NCBI RefSeq assembly: GCF_009914755.1 | Contig: NC_060937.1 | Length of the DNA: 64,000 bases | Direction: 5' to 3' (one strand) | DNA from: the human T2T-CHM13v2.0 reference genome, Homo sapiens | Shown: positions 29,851 through 45,248 of the stretch, one piece after another | How positions within the stretch are numbered: position 1 is the stretch's first letter | Layout: each line of letters starts with the position of its first letter | Made by a program: the position numbers and the translations under genes | The notes under the pieces: model-generated | What the model was told of the DNA's origin: nothing | The model's database searches: none | The model's input: only the letters and a program-made list of their open reading frames with translations

Positions 29851-31160
29851 AACCCTGTAATAATCAGTTTTGCTGCTGGGCTATGTTCAAAGGCTCGTTA
29901 GGTTTAGAGAGCTGCCTTGGAAATGTGTCAAGAGTAAATCGAGCTCATTCAGTTCTCTTTCAGAGGAAAGAAGCCCAGGTTACAACCTGATCACTTTTTG
30001 GAATTCTTTAAACTTGAGATAAGCAGAGATGGGCCCTTTCTGGTCCCAGTGGAAACCTGTCCCACCCACCTTCGAATGCTCGCTCCTGAGATGAATCAGA
30101 TGTAATGAGCTCATGGGGAATAAAAGGCAAGCTTCTGGGTTCTGCTCGGTTTGTTGATGTAGATGTCAAACACTGGGCAACAGTGATCGTTAGATTAATT
30201 TCTCCAACCCTGGAAAGCCTGTTACTATAATAGAAACCACTGCTTTTGATGATCTTTAAATGCTGGAAAGATCCACTATGATTTTTCTTCATGCTTTTAA
30301 TTTCTGGGAAGCTTTAGATATAATTGGATGAGAAGGTCATTGGGTTAAAAAAATAATTCTTTCAAAGAGAAGAATTATGAACCTGTCTCATCCAGTCTTT
30401 TCAGATGACACTAACCAGCATCTGTGCACTTTCTGCCATGTTTTATGCAAACCATTTGTTAGGCTTTTATGTTTCCTTTTGGCTTGGGAAAAACTCCCAA
30501 ATCTTTTTTAGGATGTAGGAGTTTTCACCTCCTCCTAGTGTTCATTTCACCTGGAGGTTATTTTTCCATTATCCATAGCTCTAATTCTGTACAGGAGATG
30601 GTGACTCACTTTGCTTTTTAATGAAAATTGGGATGATAAATTTAAAAGTTCAAAGCAAGTTCATGAAAAGCAAGTACAGAACAGAGGTAAAAGGAGATGT
30701 TTTCTCCCTCTTTTCAGAACTCTGCCATGTGTAAAAAAAAACCATCCAGGATGCTTTATTTCTTTTGAGACTAACAGTAAGAAATGATAAAGATTATATG
30801 ATGTTGAAGTTAGCTCAAACCAGTGTGATTTTTTTGTCCTCTACCATTTGAAGGGAAAAAAGTATAAAGCAAACCTGGCTTTGATATTTACACAAATAAA
30901 CTTTGAGTACATTAAAATAATTATGTAATGTGTGAGGGTATAAGGTATTTTGTTTGATTCTGATTTATTTCCATCATCATCTTTCAGTCATTCTTACTAA
31001 TGCAAATGTATACTGTCAAAATATTTTAAATGTAAAACTTTTAACTTTTATTAATCTTTATTAAATTGCCTTCCTCGGTGATTTCTATAAATTTTTGTAT
31101 GTTGTTTGAAGTCTTTCCTTTGTAACCACAGTATGCTTTTAATATATGTGTATTTTATGA

Positions 31161-31485
<325 letters not shown>

Positions 31486-34320
31486 TAAATTTATTTTTAA
31501 TAGAGATAAAACACAGGTGCTTGCAAAAAGTAATTCTGAGGGGCGTCCGCCATTGCTGAGGCTTGAGTAGGCAATTTTACCCTCACAGTGTAAACAAAGC
31601 CACCAGGAAGTTCAAACTGGGTGGAGCCCACCACAGCGAGGCAAGGCCTCTGCCGCCAGACTGCCTGTTTAGATTCCCTCCTCTCTGGGCAGGGCGTCTC
31701 TGAAAAAAGGCAGCAGCCCCAGTCAGAGACTTATAGATAAAACCTCCACCTCCCTGGGACAGAGAACCTGGGGGAAGGGGCAGTTGTGGGCGCCACTTCA
31801 GCAGACTTAAATGTCCCTACCTGGCAGCTCTGAAGAGAGCAGCGGATCTCTCAGCACAGTGTTTGAGCTCTGATAAGGGACAGCCTCCCTCCTGAAGTGG
31901 GTCCCTGAACCCCCGTGTAGCCTGACTGGGAGACACCTCCCAGTAGGGGCCGACAGACACCTCATACAGGAGAGCTCTGACTGGCATCTGGCAGGTGCTC
32001 CTCTGGGATGAAGCTTCCAGAGGAAGGAACAGGCAGCAATCTTGGTGGTTCTGCACCCTCCACCGGGGATACCCAGGCAAACAGGATCTGGAACGGATCT
32101 CCAGCAAACTCCAGCAGACCTGTAGCAGGGGACCAGACTGTTAGAAGGAAAACTAATAAACAGAAAGGAATAGTATCAACATCAACAAAAAGGACGTCCA
32201 CTCAGAGACCCCCTCCGAAGGTCACCGACTTCAAAGACCAAACGTAGATAAATCCATGAAGATTGGGGAGAAACTAGCACAAAACGGCTGAAAATCCCAA
32301 AAACCAGAACACCTCTTCTCCTTCAAAGGATCACAACTCCTCACCAGCAAGGGAACAAAACTGGATGGAGAATGAGTTTGACGAATTGACAGAAGTAGGC
32401 TTCCGAAGGTGGGTAATAACAAACTCCTTCAAGCTAAAGGAGCATGTTCTAACCCAATGCAAGGAAGCTAAGAACCTTGAAAAAAGGTTATAGGAATTGC
32501 TAACTAGAATAACCAGTTTAGAGAAGAACGTAAATGACCTGATGGAGCTGAAAAACACAGCACAAGCACTTTGTGAAGCATACCCAAGTACCAATAGCCG
32601 AATCGATCAAGTGGAAGAAAGGATATCAGAGATTGAAGATCAACTCAATGAAATAAAGCAAGAAGACAAGATTAGAGAAAGAAGAGTGAAAAGAAATGAA
32701 CAAAGCCTCCAAGAAATATGGGACTGTGTGAAAAGACCAAATCTACATTTGATTGCTGTACCTGAAAGTGATGGCGAGAATGGAACCAAGTTGGAAAACA
32801 CTCTTCAGGATATTATCCGGGAGAACTTCCCCAACGTAGCAAAGCAGGTCAACATTCAAACTCAGAAATATGGAGAACACTACAAAGATACTCCTCGAGA
32901 AGAGCAACCCCAAGACACATAGTCGTCAGATTCACCAAGGTTGAAATGAAGGAAAAAAATGTTAAGGGCAGCCAGAGGGAAAGTCCGGTTACCCACAAAA
33001 GGAAGCCCATCAGACTAACAGCGGATCTCTCAGCAGAAACCCTACAAGCCAGAAGAGAGTGTGTGCCAATATGCAGCATTCTTAAAGAAAGGAATTTTCA
33101 ACCCAGAATTTTCATATCCAGCCAAACTAAGCTTCATAAGGGAAGGAGAAATAAAATCCTTTACAGACAAAGAAATGCTGAGAGATTTTGTCACCACCAG
33201 GCCTGCCCTGCAAGAGCTCCTGAAGGAAGCAGTAAGCATGGAAAGGAACAACCAGTACCAGCCACTGCCAAAACATACCAAATTGTAAAGACCATTGATG
33301 CTATGAAGAAACTGCATCAACTAAGGGGCAAAATAACCAGCTAGCATCAAAATGGCAGGATCAGATTTACACATAACAATATTAACCTTAAATGTAAATG
33401 GGCTAAATGCTCCAGTTAAAAGACACAGACTGGCAAATTGGATAAAGAGTTAAGACCCATCAGTGTGCTGTGTTTGGGAGACCCATCTCATGTGCAAAGA
33501 CACACATAGGCTCAAAAAGGGATGGAGGAAGATTTACCAAGCAAATGGAAGGCCAAAAAAAAAGCGGGGGTTGCAATCCTAGTCTCTGATAAAACAGACT
33601 TTAAACCAAGAAAGATCAAAAGAGACAAAGAAGGGCATTGCATAATGGTAAAGGGATCAACACAACAAGAAGAGCTAACTGTCCTAAATATATGCACTCA
33701 ATACAGGAGCACCCAGATTCATAAAGCAAGCTCTTAGAGACCTACACAGAGACTTAGACTCCCACACAATAATGGAGACTTTAACACCCCACTGTCAGTA
33801 TTAGACAGATCAACAAGACAGAAAATTAACAAGGATATCCAGGACCTGAACTCAGCTCTGGACCAAGCAGACCTAACAGACATCTACAGAACTCGCCACC
33901 CCAAATCAACAGAATATACATTCTTCTCAGCAACACATCACTCTTATTCTAAAATTGACCACATAATTGGAAGTAAAACACTCCTCAGCAAATGCAAAAG
34001 AACGGAAATCATAACAAACAGTCTCTCAGACCACAGTGCAATCAAATTAGAACTCAGGACTAAGAAACTCACTCAAAACCGCACAACTATGTGGAAACTG
34101 AACAACCTGCTCCTGAATGACTACTGGGTAAATAACGAAACGAAAGCAGAAATAAAGATGTCCTTTGAAACCAATGAGAACAAACGCACAACATACCAGA
34201 CTCTCTGGGACACATTTAAAGAAGTGTGTAGAGGGAAATCTATAGCACTAAATGCCCACAAGAGAAGGCAGGAAAGATCGAAAATCGACACTCTAACATC
34301 ACAATTAAAAGAATAGAGAA

Positions 34321-34827
<507 letters not shown>

Positions 34828-35509
34828 TCAAATAGATGCAATAAAAAATGATAAAGGGGATATCACCACCAATCCCACAGAAATACAAACTACTATCAGA
34901 GAATACTATAAACAACTCTATGCAAATAAACTAGAAAATCTAGAAAAAATGGATAAATTCCTGGACACATGCAAGACTAAACCAAGAAGAAGTCGAATCC
35001 CTGAATAGACCAATAGCAAGTTCTGTAATTGAGGCAGTAATTAATAGCCTACCAAACAAAAAAAGTCCGGGACCAGACAGATTCACAGCTGAATTCTACC
35101 AGAGTTACAAAGAGGAGCTGGTACCATTCCTTCTGAAACTACTCCAAACAATAGAAAAAGAGGGAATCCTCCCTAACTCATTTTATGAGGCCAGCATCAT
35201 CCTGATACCAAAACCTGGCAGAGACACAACAATAAAAAAAGAAAATTTCAGGCCAATGTCCCTGATGAACATCAATGCGAAGATCCTCAATGCTGGCAAA
35301 CCGAATCCGGCAGCACATCAAAAAACTTATCCACCACGATCAAGTTGGCTTCATCCCTGGGATGCAAGGCTGGCTCAACATATGCAAATCAATAAATGTA
35401 ATCCATCACATATACAGAACCACATGATTATCTCAATAGATGCAGAAAAGGCCTTTGACAAAATTCAACAGCCCTTCATGCTAAAAACTCTCAATAAACT
35501 TGGCATTGA

Positions 35510-36078
<569 letters not shown>

Positions 36079-38849
36079 TCAAAAGCTCCTTAAGCTGATA
36101 AGCAACTTCAGCAAAGTCTCGGGATACAAAATCAAGTGCAGAAATCACAAGCGTTCCTATACACCAATAACAGACAGAGAGCCAAATCATGAATGAACTC
36201 CCATTCACAGTTGCTACAAAGAGAATAAAATACATAGGAATACAACTTACAAGGGATGTGAAGGGCCTCTTCAAGCAGAACTACAAACCACTGCTTAAGG
36301 AAATAAGAGAGGACACAAACAAATGGAAAAACATTCCATGCTCATGGATAGGAAGAATCAGTATTGTGAAAATGGCCATACTGACCAAGGTAATTTATAG
36401 ATTCAGTGCTATCCTCATCAAGCTACCATTGACTTTCTTCACAGAATTGGAAAAAACTACTTTAAATTTCATGTGGAATAAAAAAAGAGTCCACATAGCC
36501 AAGACAATGCTAAGCAAAAAGAACAAAGCTGGAGGCATCATGCTACCTGACTTCAAACTATACTACAAGGCTACAGTAACAAAAACAGCATGGTACTGGT
36601 ACCAAAACCAGATATATAGACCAATGGAACAGAACAGAGGCTTCAGAAGTAACACCACACATCTACAACCATCTGATCTTTGACAAACCTGATGAAAGCA
36701 ATAGGGAAAGGATTCCCTATTTAATAAATGGTGTTTTGAAAACTGGCTGGGCATATGCAGAAGGCTGAAACTGGATCCCTTTCTTACACCTTATGAAAAA
36801 ATTAAAATGGATTAAAGACTTAGATGTGAGACCTAAAACCATAAAAACCCCAGAAGAAAACCTAGGCAATACCATTCAGGACGTAGGCATGGGCAAAGAC
36901 TTCATGACGAAAACACCGAAAGCAATGGCAACAAAAGCCAAAATTGACAGATGGCATCTGATTAAACTAAAGAGCTTCTGCACAGCAAAAGAAACTATCA
37001 TCAGACCAAACATGCAACCTACAGAATGGGAGAAAATTTTTGCAATCTATCCATCTGACAAAGGGCTAATATCTAGAATCTACAAAGAACTTAAACAAAT
37101 TTACGAGAAAGAACGCCATCAAAAAGTAGGCAGAGGATGTGAACAGACAATTCTCAAGACATTTATGCAGCCAAAAACATATGAAAAAAAAGTTCATCAT
37201 CACTGGTTATTAGAGAAATGCAAATCAAAATTACAATGAGGTACCATCTCATGCCAGTTAGAATGGCGATCATTAAAAAGGAAACAACAGATGCTGGAGA
37301 GGATGTGGAGAAGTGGGAATGCTTTTACACTGTTGGTGGGAGTGTAAATTAGTTCAACCATTGTGGAAGACAGTGTGGCGATTCCTCAAGGATCTAGAAA
37401 TACGATTTGACCCAGCAATCCCATTACTGGGTATATACCCAAAGGATTATAAATCATTCTACTATAAAGATACATGCACACATATGTTTATTGTGGCACT
37501 GTTCACAATAGCAAAGACTTGGAACCAATCCAAATGCTCATCAGTGATAGACTGGATAAAGAAAATGTGGCACATATACACCATGGAATACTATGCAGCC
37601 ATAAAAAAGGACGAGTTCATGTCCTTTGCAGGGCCATGGATGAAGCTGGAAGCCATCATTCTCAGCAAACTAACACAAGAACAGAAAACCAAACACCACA
37701 TGTTCTCACTCATAAGTGGGAGTTAATCAATGAGAACACATGGACACAGGGAGGGGAACATCACACACCAGAGCCTTGTGGGCGGTGGGGGGCTTAGGGA
37801 GGGATAGCATTAGGAGAAATACCTAATGTAGATGACAGGTTGATGGGTGCAGCAAACCACCATGGCACATGTATATCTATGTAACAAAACTGTGCTTTCT
37901 GTACATGTACCCCAGAACTTAAAAAAAAAAAAGCAATAATTCTAAGATGCTAGTGGAACACTGAGTTATTCTTTTAAGGTTTTTCTTGATTATAATTGTC
38001 CTTTTAATGAAATCATTAATAAAGTCATTAAGAAAGATTGGGGAGTGGCTCTATGCATAGATTCTATAATAATTTTTTTAAAAGTAGTTTACAGTATAAC
38101 CCACACAAAAATATTGAAAAACAATCATATACTATATAATAGCTGAATACTGCAATTAAGAGATAAAACATAACAACATGTTTTCCATAAAACTGTATTT
38201 GCAACCAGAGGTTTTAATCGTGAAAGGTTTTAATAGTGAAAGATTTGTAAGACAGTTTTCAAAATATACTGAGATGTTTATTTTCTTTATACAAGCTATA
38301 TTGGCATGGTATGTAAAATACAGTGATTTTCATATTGGTTAAGGTTTAGTCACTTGATAAAGAGCTTTATTATAGATTTTTTTTTAAGGTGTTGTATTTT
38401 TCATCTCAAGCTGAGGTCATTTGTCTTGGTTGTTACAGGGTATTCTTCTTACCCAGTAATGATTTAATATACCCATAGGCAAAGTATCAAGAAGAAAGTC
38501 ATCATATGGATCTGTGAATCTAAATACATTTTTAATGTTAGATGTAAAAGTTAACAGCTGTCACATATGTTCAGTTATGACCTGTTGCTGAATTGAGGAA
38601 AAGTAGGACTGTGGGAGGAATTTGCAATACAACCACAAGCAGAATAAGGCTCTTAAGAAATACCTAAGAGTACTCATGTATGGTGTCTTCTTGATTTTAT
38701 ATTCTGATAAATAATAGAGAGTGAGGTGGTCTTGGTTGGGTAAGAGAAAATATACAAAACTTTTAGAACTTAGGGTACTTGATTCATATTGTATGCTCTA
38801 GTTTCTTCAGTAGAGGCGAGTTGCTTTTTAAATCTTTCCTGGACTTGCT

Positions 38850-39510
38850 GCATTCATTTGACAAAAAGTTACTGTGCATCTATTACATGTTAGGTGTACT
38901 GGAGATATAGCAGTGAACAAAATGGACAACATCCCTGCCCACAAGGAGGTGATGTTCTTGTTTCAGGGGAGATAAGCAATAGAGAAAAATGCAAATGTAT
39001 AATGTGTCGGATGGTAACAAGTGCCGTGGAGAAGAACAAAGCAGAATAAGGGAGTAAGGGATGCATTGGGAATGGGCTTACCTGTCTATATAGGGTGTTC
39101 AAGGAATACCTCATTCATCAGGTCACATTTGAACAGAGTGAAGGAACTGAGGGAGTCAGCCATGTACTCTCTTATGTTAAGCTGCCTACTTCATACTGTT
39201 GCTTATCTAATAGGAACCTAAAACTCGACATGTTCAAAACTGAACTCTCAATGCCTTTCTAAACCTCTTCCGTCTTCAATCTTCCTCATCCAGAAATGCA
39301 TCACTGTAACTGTCTATCTGGTTGCTCATATTAAAAACCTAAGACTTGAGATTGGTTCATCTTTTTTTCTTCAACTTCATGTTGGCATGACCAGCTGGTT
39401 CTACTTCCAAAATATATCTCCTGTCCATCTTCTCTCCATATTTAATACTACTACGCTGTTTCAGGCTATCATCATCTCCTGCCTTGACCATTATTAGATC
39501 CTCCTGTTTC
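38850..39510. mobile_element. two L2 remnants in opposite orientations
   Basis: cattcatttgac...ggagatatagcagtgaacaaaatggac (-); aaactcgacatgttcaaaactgaactc...caggctatcatcatctcctgcc (+). Confidence 0.7.
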
Positions 39511-39529
39511 AGTGGTTTCCCATTCCACC

Positions 39530-41015
39530 TAAGATATTTTTGCTGGGTATAGCATTCTGAGTTGGGAGCAATTTTCTTCCATTACTGTACAAATGCTCCA
39601 CCATTGTCTTTCCCCTCTCATCATTTCTGTTGAAAACTCAACTGTATATCTTGTTTCTGTTTATTTGAAAAAAACATGTATACTGTCTCCCTCTATGACT
39701 TCCCCTGCTGCCAGCTGCTTTTAGGATATTCTCTATCTTTAATTTTCAACAGTGTTACCATTATGTGCCTATGTGTGATTTTCTTTGTATTTGTTCTCAC
39801 CGGAGTTTATAGAGCTTCCTGAGTCTACAACTTGATGACTTTTGTTAGTTTTGGAAAATTCTAAGCCTGTATTCTTCAAGTATTCCTTCAGTTTCATTCT
39901 GTCTCTCCTTAGTTTCTAATGTCATGCATTTTAGCCCTTTTCCTTTTGTCTCATATTGCCATAGCTCTTTTCTTCCCTTTTTTTTCTTATATCAGTCTGG
40001 ATATTTTTTACCGGACTTGCTTTCCAGACTGTTAGTCTTCTCTGCTATTGTGTTTAATATTTTTTTGAATTACTAACTTCAGTTCTTTCATTAAGTTTTA
40101 GATTTTTCATTTGGCTCTTGTTTATAAATTGTAGTTCTTTGGTGCAATTTAAAAAATCTTTTTATCCTTAAAGAACACATTAACCATAGCTGTTTAAAAG
40201 TCTTATTTGATAACTGCAAAATCTGTTTTATCTGTGCATCTCCTTCTATTTTTCACTTTTCTTGTTTCTGGTTTGGTCTTGTTTCTTGCTCTGCTGGGTG
40301 AGTTTGGCTAAATCTCAGATGTTTTATGTGAAAAATTAAGAAGGCTATGGATGATAGGACTTCCTATAGAAGGATTTAATCTTCTGGGTTGTAGATGTTG
40401 TTTGGGTACGTCTATTCATAGACTGCCCTTACTCCAGAGCCATTTTGTCGTGGCAGTCTGAACTCCAACCTTGATCTCCCGGCACTACAGTACTGCTAAA
40501 GGCTTTGCTCAGCTTTTTAGCCTCTCCACTGCTGCTTTCTGCTTGGTTCTTTTTTTCCCCCCTTGGTTTTTGTGCAGCTTAGGTCATTGAGGGAAACTTG
40601 CATGCGGCATCTTGGGACCCCCTTACATCTCTTCTCTTTCAAGGTCTCCAGCTCCAGACTCCGCCTTTCAGTCCAGCAAGGCTGCAAGAGCCCCCAGCTG
40701 CTGCTTTTGGCTGTGTGCTATCTGCAGCTCCAGGAATCAGCAAACTCCTTGAGGAAAGGAGGGGCTCCCATGGATGGGCTTTCTAATTCTGAGATCTTAG
40801 TCCTTTATGTCCTTTCTGCCTTTGTTGTTTTCTGTTTTTTTTTTAATTTTATTATTACTATACTTTAAGTTTTAGGGTACATGTGTACAACGTGCAGGTT
40901 TGTTTTCTGATGGCTTCAATCATTTGCTTTGTGTAATTTCTCCAGCTTTTAAACTTGTTCTCAACAGGAGAGTAGATGCAATCCAGATTGTTCTATTGTG
41001 GTCAGAAGTGGAAGT
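39530..41015 (-). mobile_element. old L1M remnant
   Basis: gatattttttgctgggtatagcattctgagttgg and agttttggaaaattctaagcc (antisense L1 ORF1/UTR pattern). Confidence 0.65.
40835..40904 (-). mobile_element. extremely 5'-truncated young L1PA 3' end
   Basis: ttttattattactatactttaagttttagggtacatgtgtacaacgtgcaggtttgtt; TSD TTGTTTTCTG at 40825 and 40900. Confidence 0.88.
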
Positions 41016-41024
41016 CTTTCGTTA

Positions 41025-41570
41025 CACTTAGAATAAAGTCTGTGCTCCTTTCCCCTGGCACATAAAACTCACCCTGGTCAGCCTTTTGCCTGTCTCTTTT
41101 GTACCTTATTCCCACACCCAGTAGCTCCAGCCACTGGATTTCTTTTTTCATTGACTGTATCAAACTTTTTCCCACCTCAGGGACTTTGCATTAAGTCCTT
41201 TGACGGCTCTTCCTCAGATTTTTGCATAGAGCTGGCTCTTTGATATTATTTCATCTCAGTTTGCTACTGAGGATGAACAAAATGCTAGTCTTCATTAGAT
41301 GACTAACAGATTTTTGCATAGGTCCAGCTCCTTGATATTATTTCATCTCAGTTTGTTACATCATAATAGATTTCCCTCTCTTTTCAGGGCAGCTCCTAGT
41401 CACCCTGATTTATTTTCATCCTAGCACATTTCAGTCACTACCTGAAGTTATTTGATTTACTTTCTTAATTTCCATTTCTCCACTCTAGGGTAAGCTATGT
41501 TCCTGCCTGGTGTGTGGTAGATTCTCAATAAAAATCATTTGAATGAATGAGTAAATAAATAAATAATCAC
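41025..41570 (+). mobile_element. L2 3' remnant
   Basis: cccacctcagggactttgca...tagattctcaataaaaatcatttgaatgaatgagtaaataaataaa. Confidence 0.75.
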
Positions 41571-41951
41571 TGATTCTGAAAGGAATTTTTCAAATTATTC
41601 TTTGAAAACCTCAGTAGGGTATAAGGGCATACTATTTTCTTTGCCCTAATAGTCTTTTTATATGGAATATTCTATAAAATACAACTTTTATACATTTATG
41701 GTATAATGAGGACTAACATTTTGTTCATCTTGATGATCAGATCTTGAACTACTTTTTTGTATACAAAGCTTATATTCATTATCATACTAGTGTTAATTAT
41801 ATTTTTGTTCACATTCTCTAGAAATATTTAATCTGTGCTAATAACTCTTTATCACCCAAAATATTTAATTATCTGAAACCAATAGTACCACCTTCTATTG
41901 GTCTTACATGAAATGATTGTTTTTAAAGTGACATGTTATATCTTTATTTAA

Positions 41952-42092
<141 letters not shown>

Positions 42093-42899
42093 TAAGAATT
42101 TATTGGAATTTTTTCGGGGGGCGGGAGGGGTGTGCATCAACTTTAATTTCATTGAGTACTGTAACTGATGGATCTCAGGATCTCAAATGAGTTTTTCAGC
42201 CAGAGGCAGTGTGTGGTAAGATCTGGAAAAGGAGCCAGATGCTTGAGGGTTTCTGCTTCAGCGCTGTCATTTACTAGACCCTTCAGACAAATCATTCAAC
42301 CTCTCTGTATTTCTTCTCACTCATCCAAAGATAACAAGTTGTGAGACTAAGGGAGAACACAGAATTGCTCTGAGAACCATGCACATGGGAGCATCATTAC
42401 TGTTGTTAAGGGATCTACTTAGCTATAGGTGTAACTTTGATCACCAGTAAGAAAATGAAGCAGTAACTTGCTGGGGTTGAGAGTTGATGACTCATTAGGT
42501 GCATGGGTATGCATACTTAAACACTGGCCAGTCAGGAGGGACAGCTAGTGGAAGGTACTATAGGTCGTCATACCTAGCTATTTGTGTGTATATTCACAAT
42601 GGTGCTCTGTTAGATGTGGAAAGTGAAGATAGTTAAATTGTAATTCAGGAGAAGTATGGTTGTTGACAAGCCCTTCAGATTAATCATTATGTTTTTGTTC
42701 TTTAGGGAATGGAAAGTTGATAAAGCACTTGTGGCTTTTATATCTTCAGAGATGAAAGAGTTTCTATCATTAAGTGTCCTGTCTCTAGGATTTGGGGTCT
42801 TGAAAATCTTATTAGCCCATTGTAGATATACAGGATATTACATACCTTGTCATTCACAGCTGGACAAAACTTCTTGACTACTCCTTTCACATTTCAAAG

Positions 42900-43340
42900 T
42901 TCTCTACAGTGTGATACCCTCCTTTCCAGGGTAGAATCCAAACAACAACAACAAAACCCCCTGTGTTTCCTAGCTTTCCTTGCTACTAGGAAGCAGCCGT
43001 ATGTTGTAGGTTCCATCAGGTAGATGTGTTATGTACAATTATTTTTGGGAACTGAATTGTGTGGGGAAGGAGACAAAGCATGGGGGACCATTTGAATTGA
43101 GACTCGTAGCAAAGGAAGAGTCGTTTGCAGTTGACAGCGGCTTCCTGATGATGGCAGAGTCTGAAGCTCCTACGCTGCTGATTTCTGTGGTACAAATCTG
43201 GGGGTTCTTGGAATCTCAGCTTACAGTCTGTTTACTCAGACTTTCCAGTAATTCCATGAGCCATCTATATGCTTTAATAAATGTACGTTATGCTTTAACT
43301 AGCCAGAGTGGATTATTTTTGTTTGTTTCCAGTTAAGATC
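42900..43340 (+). mobile_element. ERVL-type LTR remnant (LTR33-like)
   Basis: ttcctagctttccttgctactagg...ttaataaatg...aactagccagagtggattatttttgtttg; tentative. Confidence 0.5.
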
Positions 43341-44901
43341 TTCGACTCACGCACTCAGTCCTGGGCCTGCCGGGCAAGAATGCCCATCTCCCGGCCCCTG
43401 CCAAGCATGCCTAAGAGCATCTGCACAGTTTCCCTCCCTTCATTCTTAGAAGGGTCAAGGAGGAAGAGGAGTGAAGACAAGAAGAAGTAGTGGTCATTCC
43501 CTTCTCACCGTCTACTGGTCTGCTTAATTCTGTGCTCTGCAGGGGAGAGGGGAATATGTTCTGCCCTTCAGCAGCCTTGGGTCGTGTTTCTTCTCAAATT
43601 AAATACACTTTGGTTTGCTACAGCTTGAGGACCAGGAGCTCGCAGGACATTCATTTCCTGCAGTGTCCAGCAGCCTTATGTTTGGGGCCAGTTTAGCCAC
43701 CTTTGTTGAGTCTGGACTCTTAATGAATAGAAGCTGTGACCTGCACTTTGTAGGCTGAGCCACTGTTCCTTTTCCCTTCCTCAAGTATTCTTCTCATCCT
43801 CGGCCACAGGAGGCTTCCTCTAGCCTTCCTCATTTGATCTCTACTTAGTTTTATAGTATAGAAAGATTTGGTCTGACTTCTCCATGGGAGAAGTCCCACG
43901 TGGCTGTGATTTTTCTGACTTGGGACTTATAACCTCTGTATAAGCCTGTTTCTCTCCCATTTCCCATGTGCTATGAAGTCCCTTGAGAGAGGAACAAACA
44001 CAGCTCTTGCCTGCCCTGTAAAGTGCTGTTAAGTGCAGCAGGTTCTTCTTCCTCCAGGGCTAAAGAGGAAACCAGTGGGCCCAGGTAGAGCTATATGGCA
44101 AGCGGGGGTGTAATCATTTCCTTGAAGCCAGTGTAGCTCTTTTCTTCATCACTGCCTTCTGATCCAGGAGGCCTCTCATCCTGAAGGCAAATCCTTATAG
44201 TCTAGAGTTTTACCTTCCTTCTTCCCATCACAATTTCCTGTCTTCCTTTAGCAAGACTTTCTTGGAGACCTCTTGATGCTGAATTCAATTCCGTTTTTGT
44301 TGAATTAGGTGTTAGAAGTAACTATTTATTCTTGCTTCCTTTGACTTACTGTCTGAACCAGGTGCAGGTTGATGGAAGTGATCCTGTTTGAACACATTTT
44401 TGACTCCTGGCATCCCTATATAGGGCAGTTCAACCTAACTCTTATGGCTGACATGCTGGCATTAAGTATAACCTGTTCTAGGAAACCTCTGTCCTCTGCT
44501 TCACTGCTCATCAAGTGTAGCAGCACCCAGAGCACTGGCAGGCTTTGTTGGCTCTGGCTAGTGCTCACCTCATTACTGTCTCATGCTCACCACATGACTA
44601 GCTTCCAGGGGTTCATGAACCAGGGTTGCAGGTTGTGCACTAGCTGAGATGTTAGCTTTATTAAGGGGCGACTGTATGTTCTGGATTATCTGGCATTTTG
44701 CAAGGTAGTCCCACAGGAGACCACAGGTCCATGATTCCCTTCCCCATTGTGTTTGTGAGATCATTGAACACATCTGTTGACAAGGGAAGGTAGCCAGTGC
44801 CCAGCTTCCATAGCGGTTTCACATCTCCCTTTCTAGTCAAGTTTAACCATATTTAGGAGTGAGAACTGAGGGCCTTGTCACTGCAGCAGGGTGTGTAGGC
44901 A

Positions 44902-45248
44902 TCTTAGTCTGTTTGGGCTGCTATAAAAAAATGCCATAAACCAGGTAGCTTATAAACGACAGCAGTTTATTTCTTATAGTTCTGGAGGCTGGAAGTCCAA
45001 GATAAGGCGCTGGCAGATTCAGTGTCTGGTGAGTGCCAGTTTTCTGGTTCCTTTCCTTCTTGCTGTGTCCCCTCATCTGGGAGAAGGGACGAGGGGTCTT
45101 TTTTATAGGGGTGCAGTCCCATTCATGAGAGTTCCCTCCCCATGGCCTCATCACCTCCCAAAGACCCTGCCTCCTAATAACATTGCCTTGAGGGGTAGGA
45201 CTTCAGCCTATGAATTTGAGAGGGGACACAAACATTCAGACCATAGTA
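44902..45248 (-). mobile_element. MaLR solo LTR (MLT1A-like)
   Basis: tcttagtctgtttgggctgctataaa...agttctggaggctggaagtccaagataagg...ggggacacaaacattcagaccatag. Confidence 0.9.
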
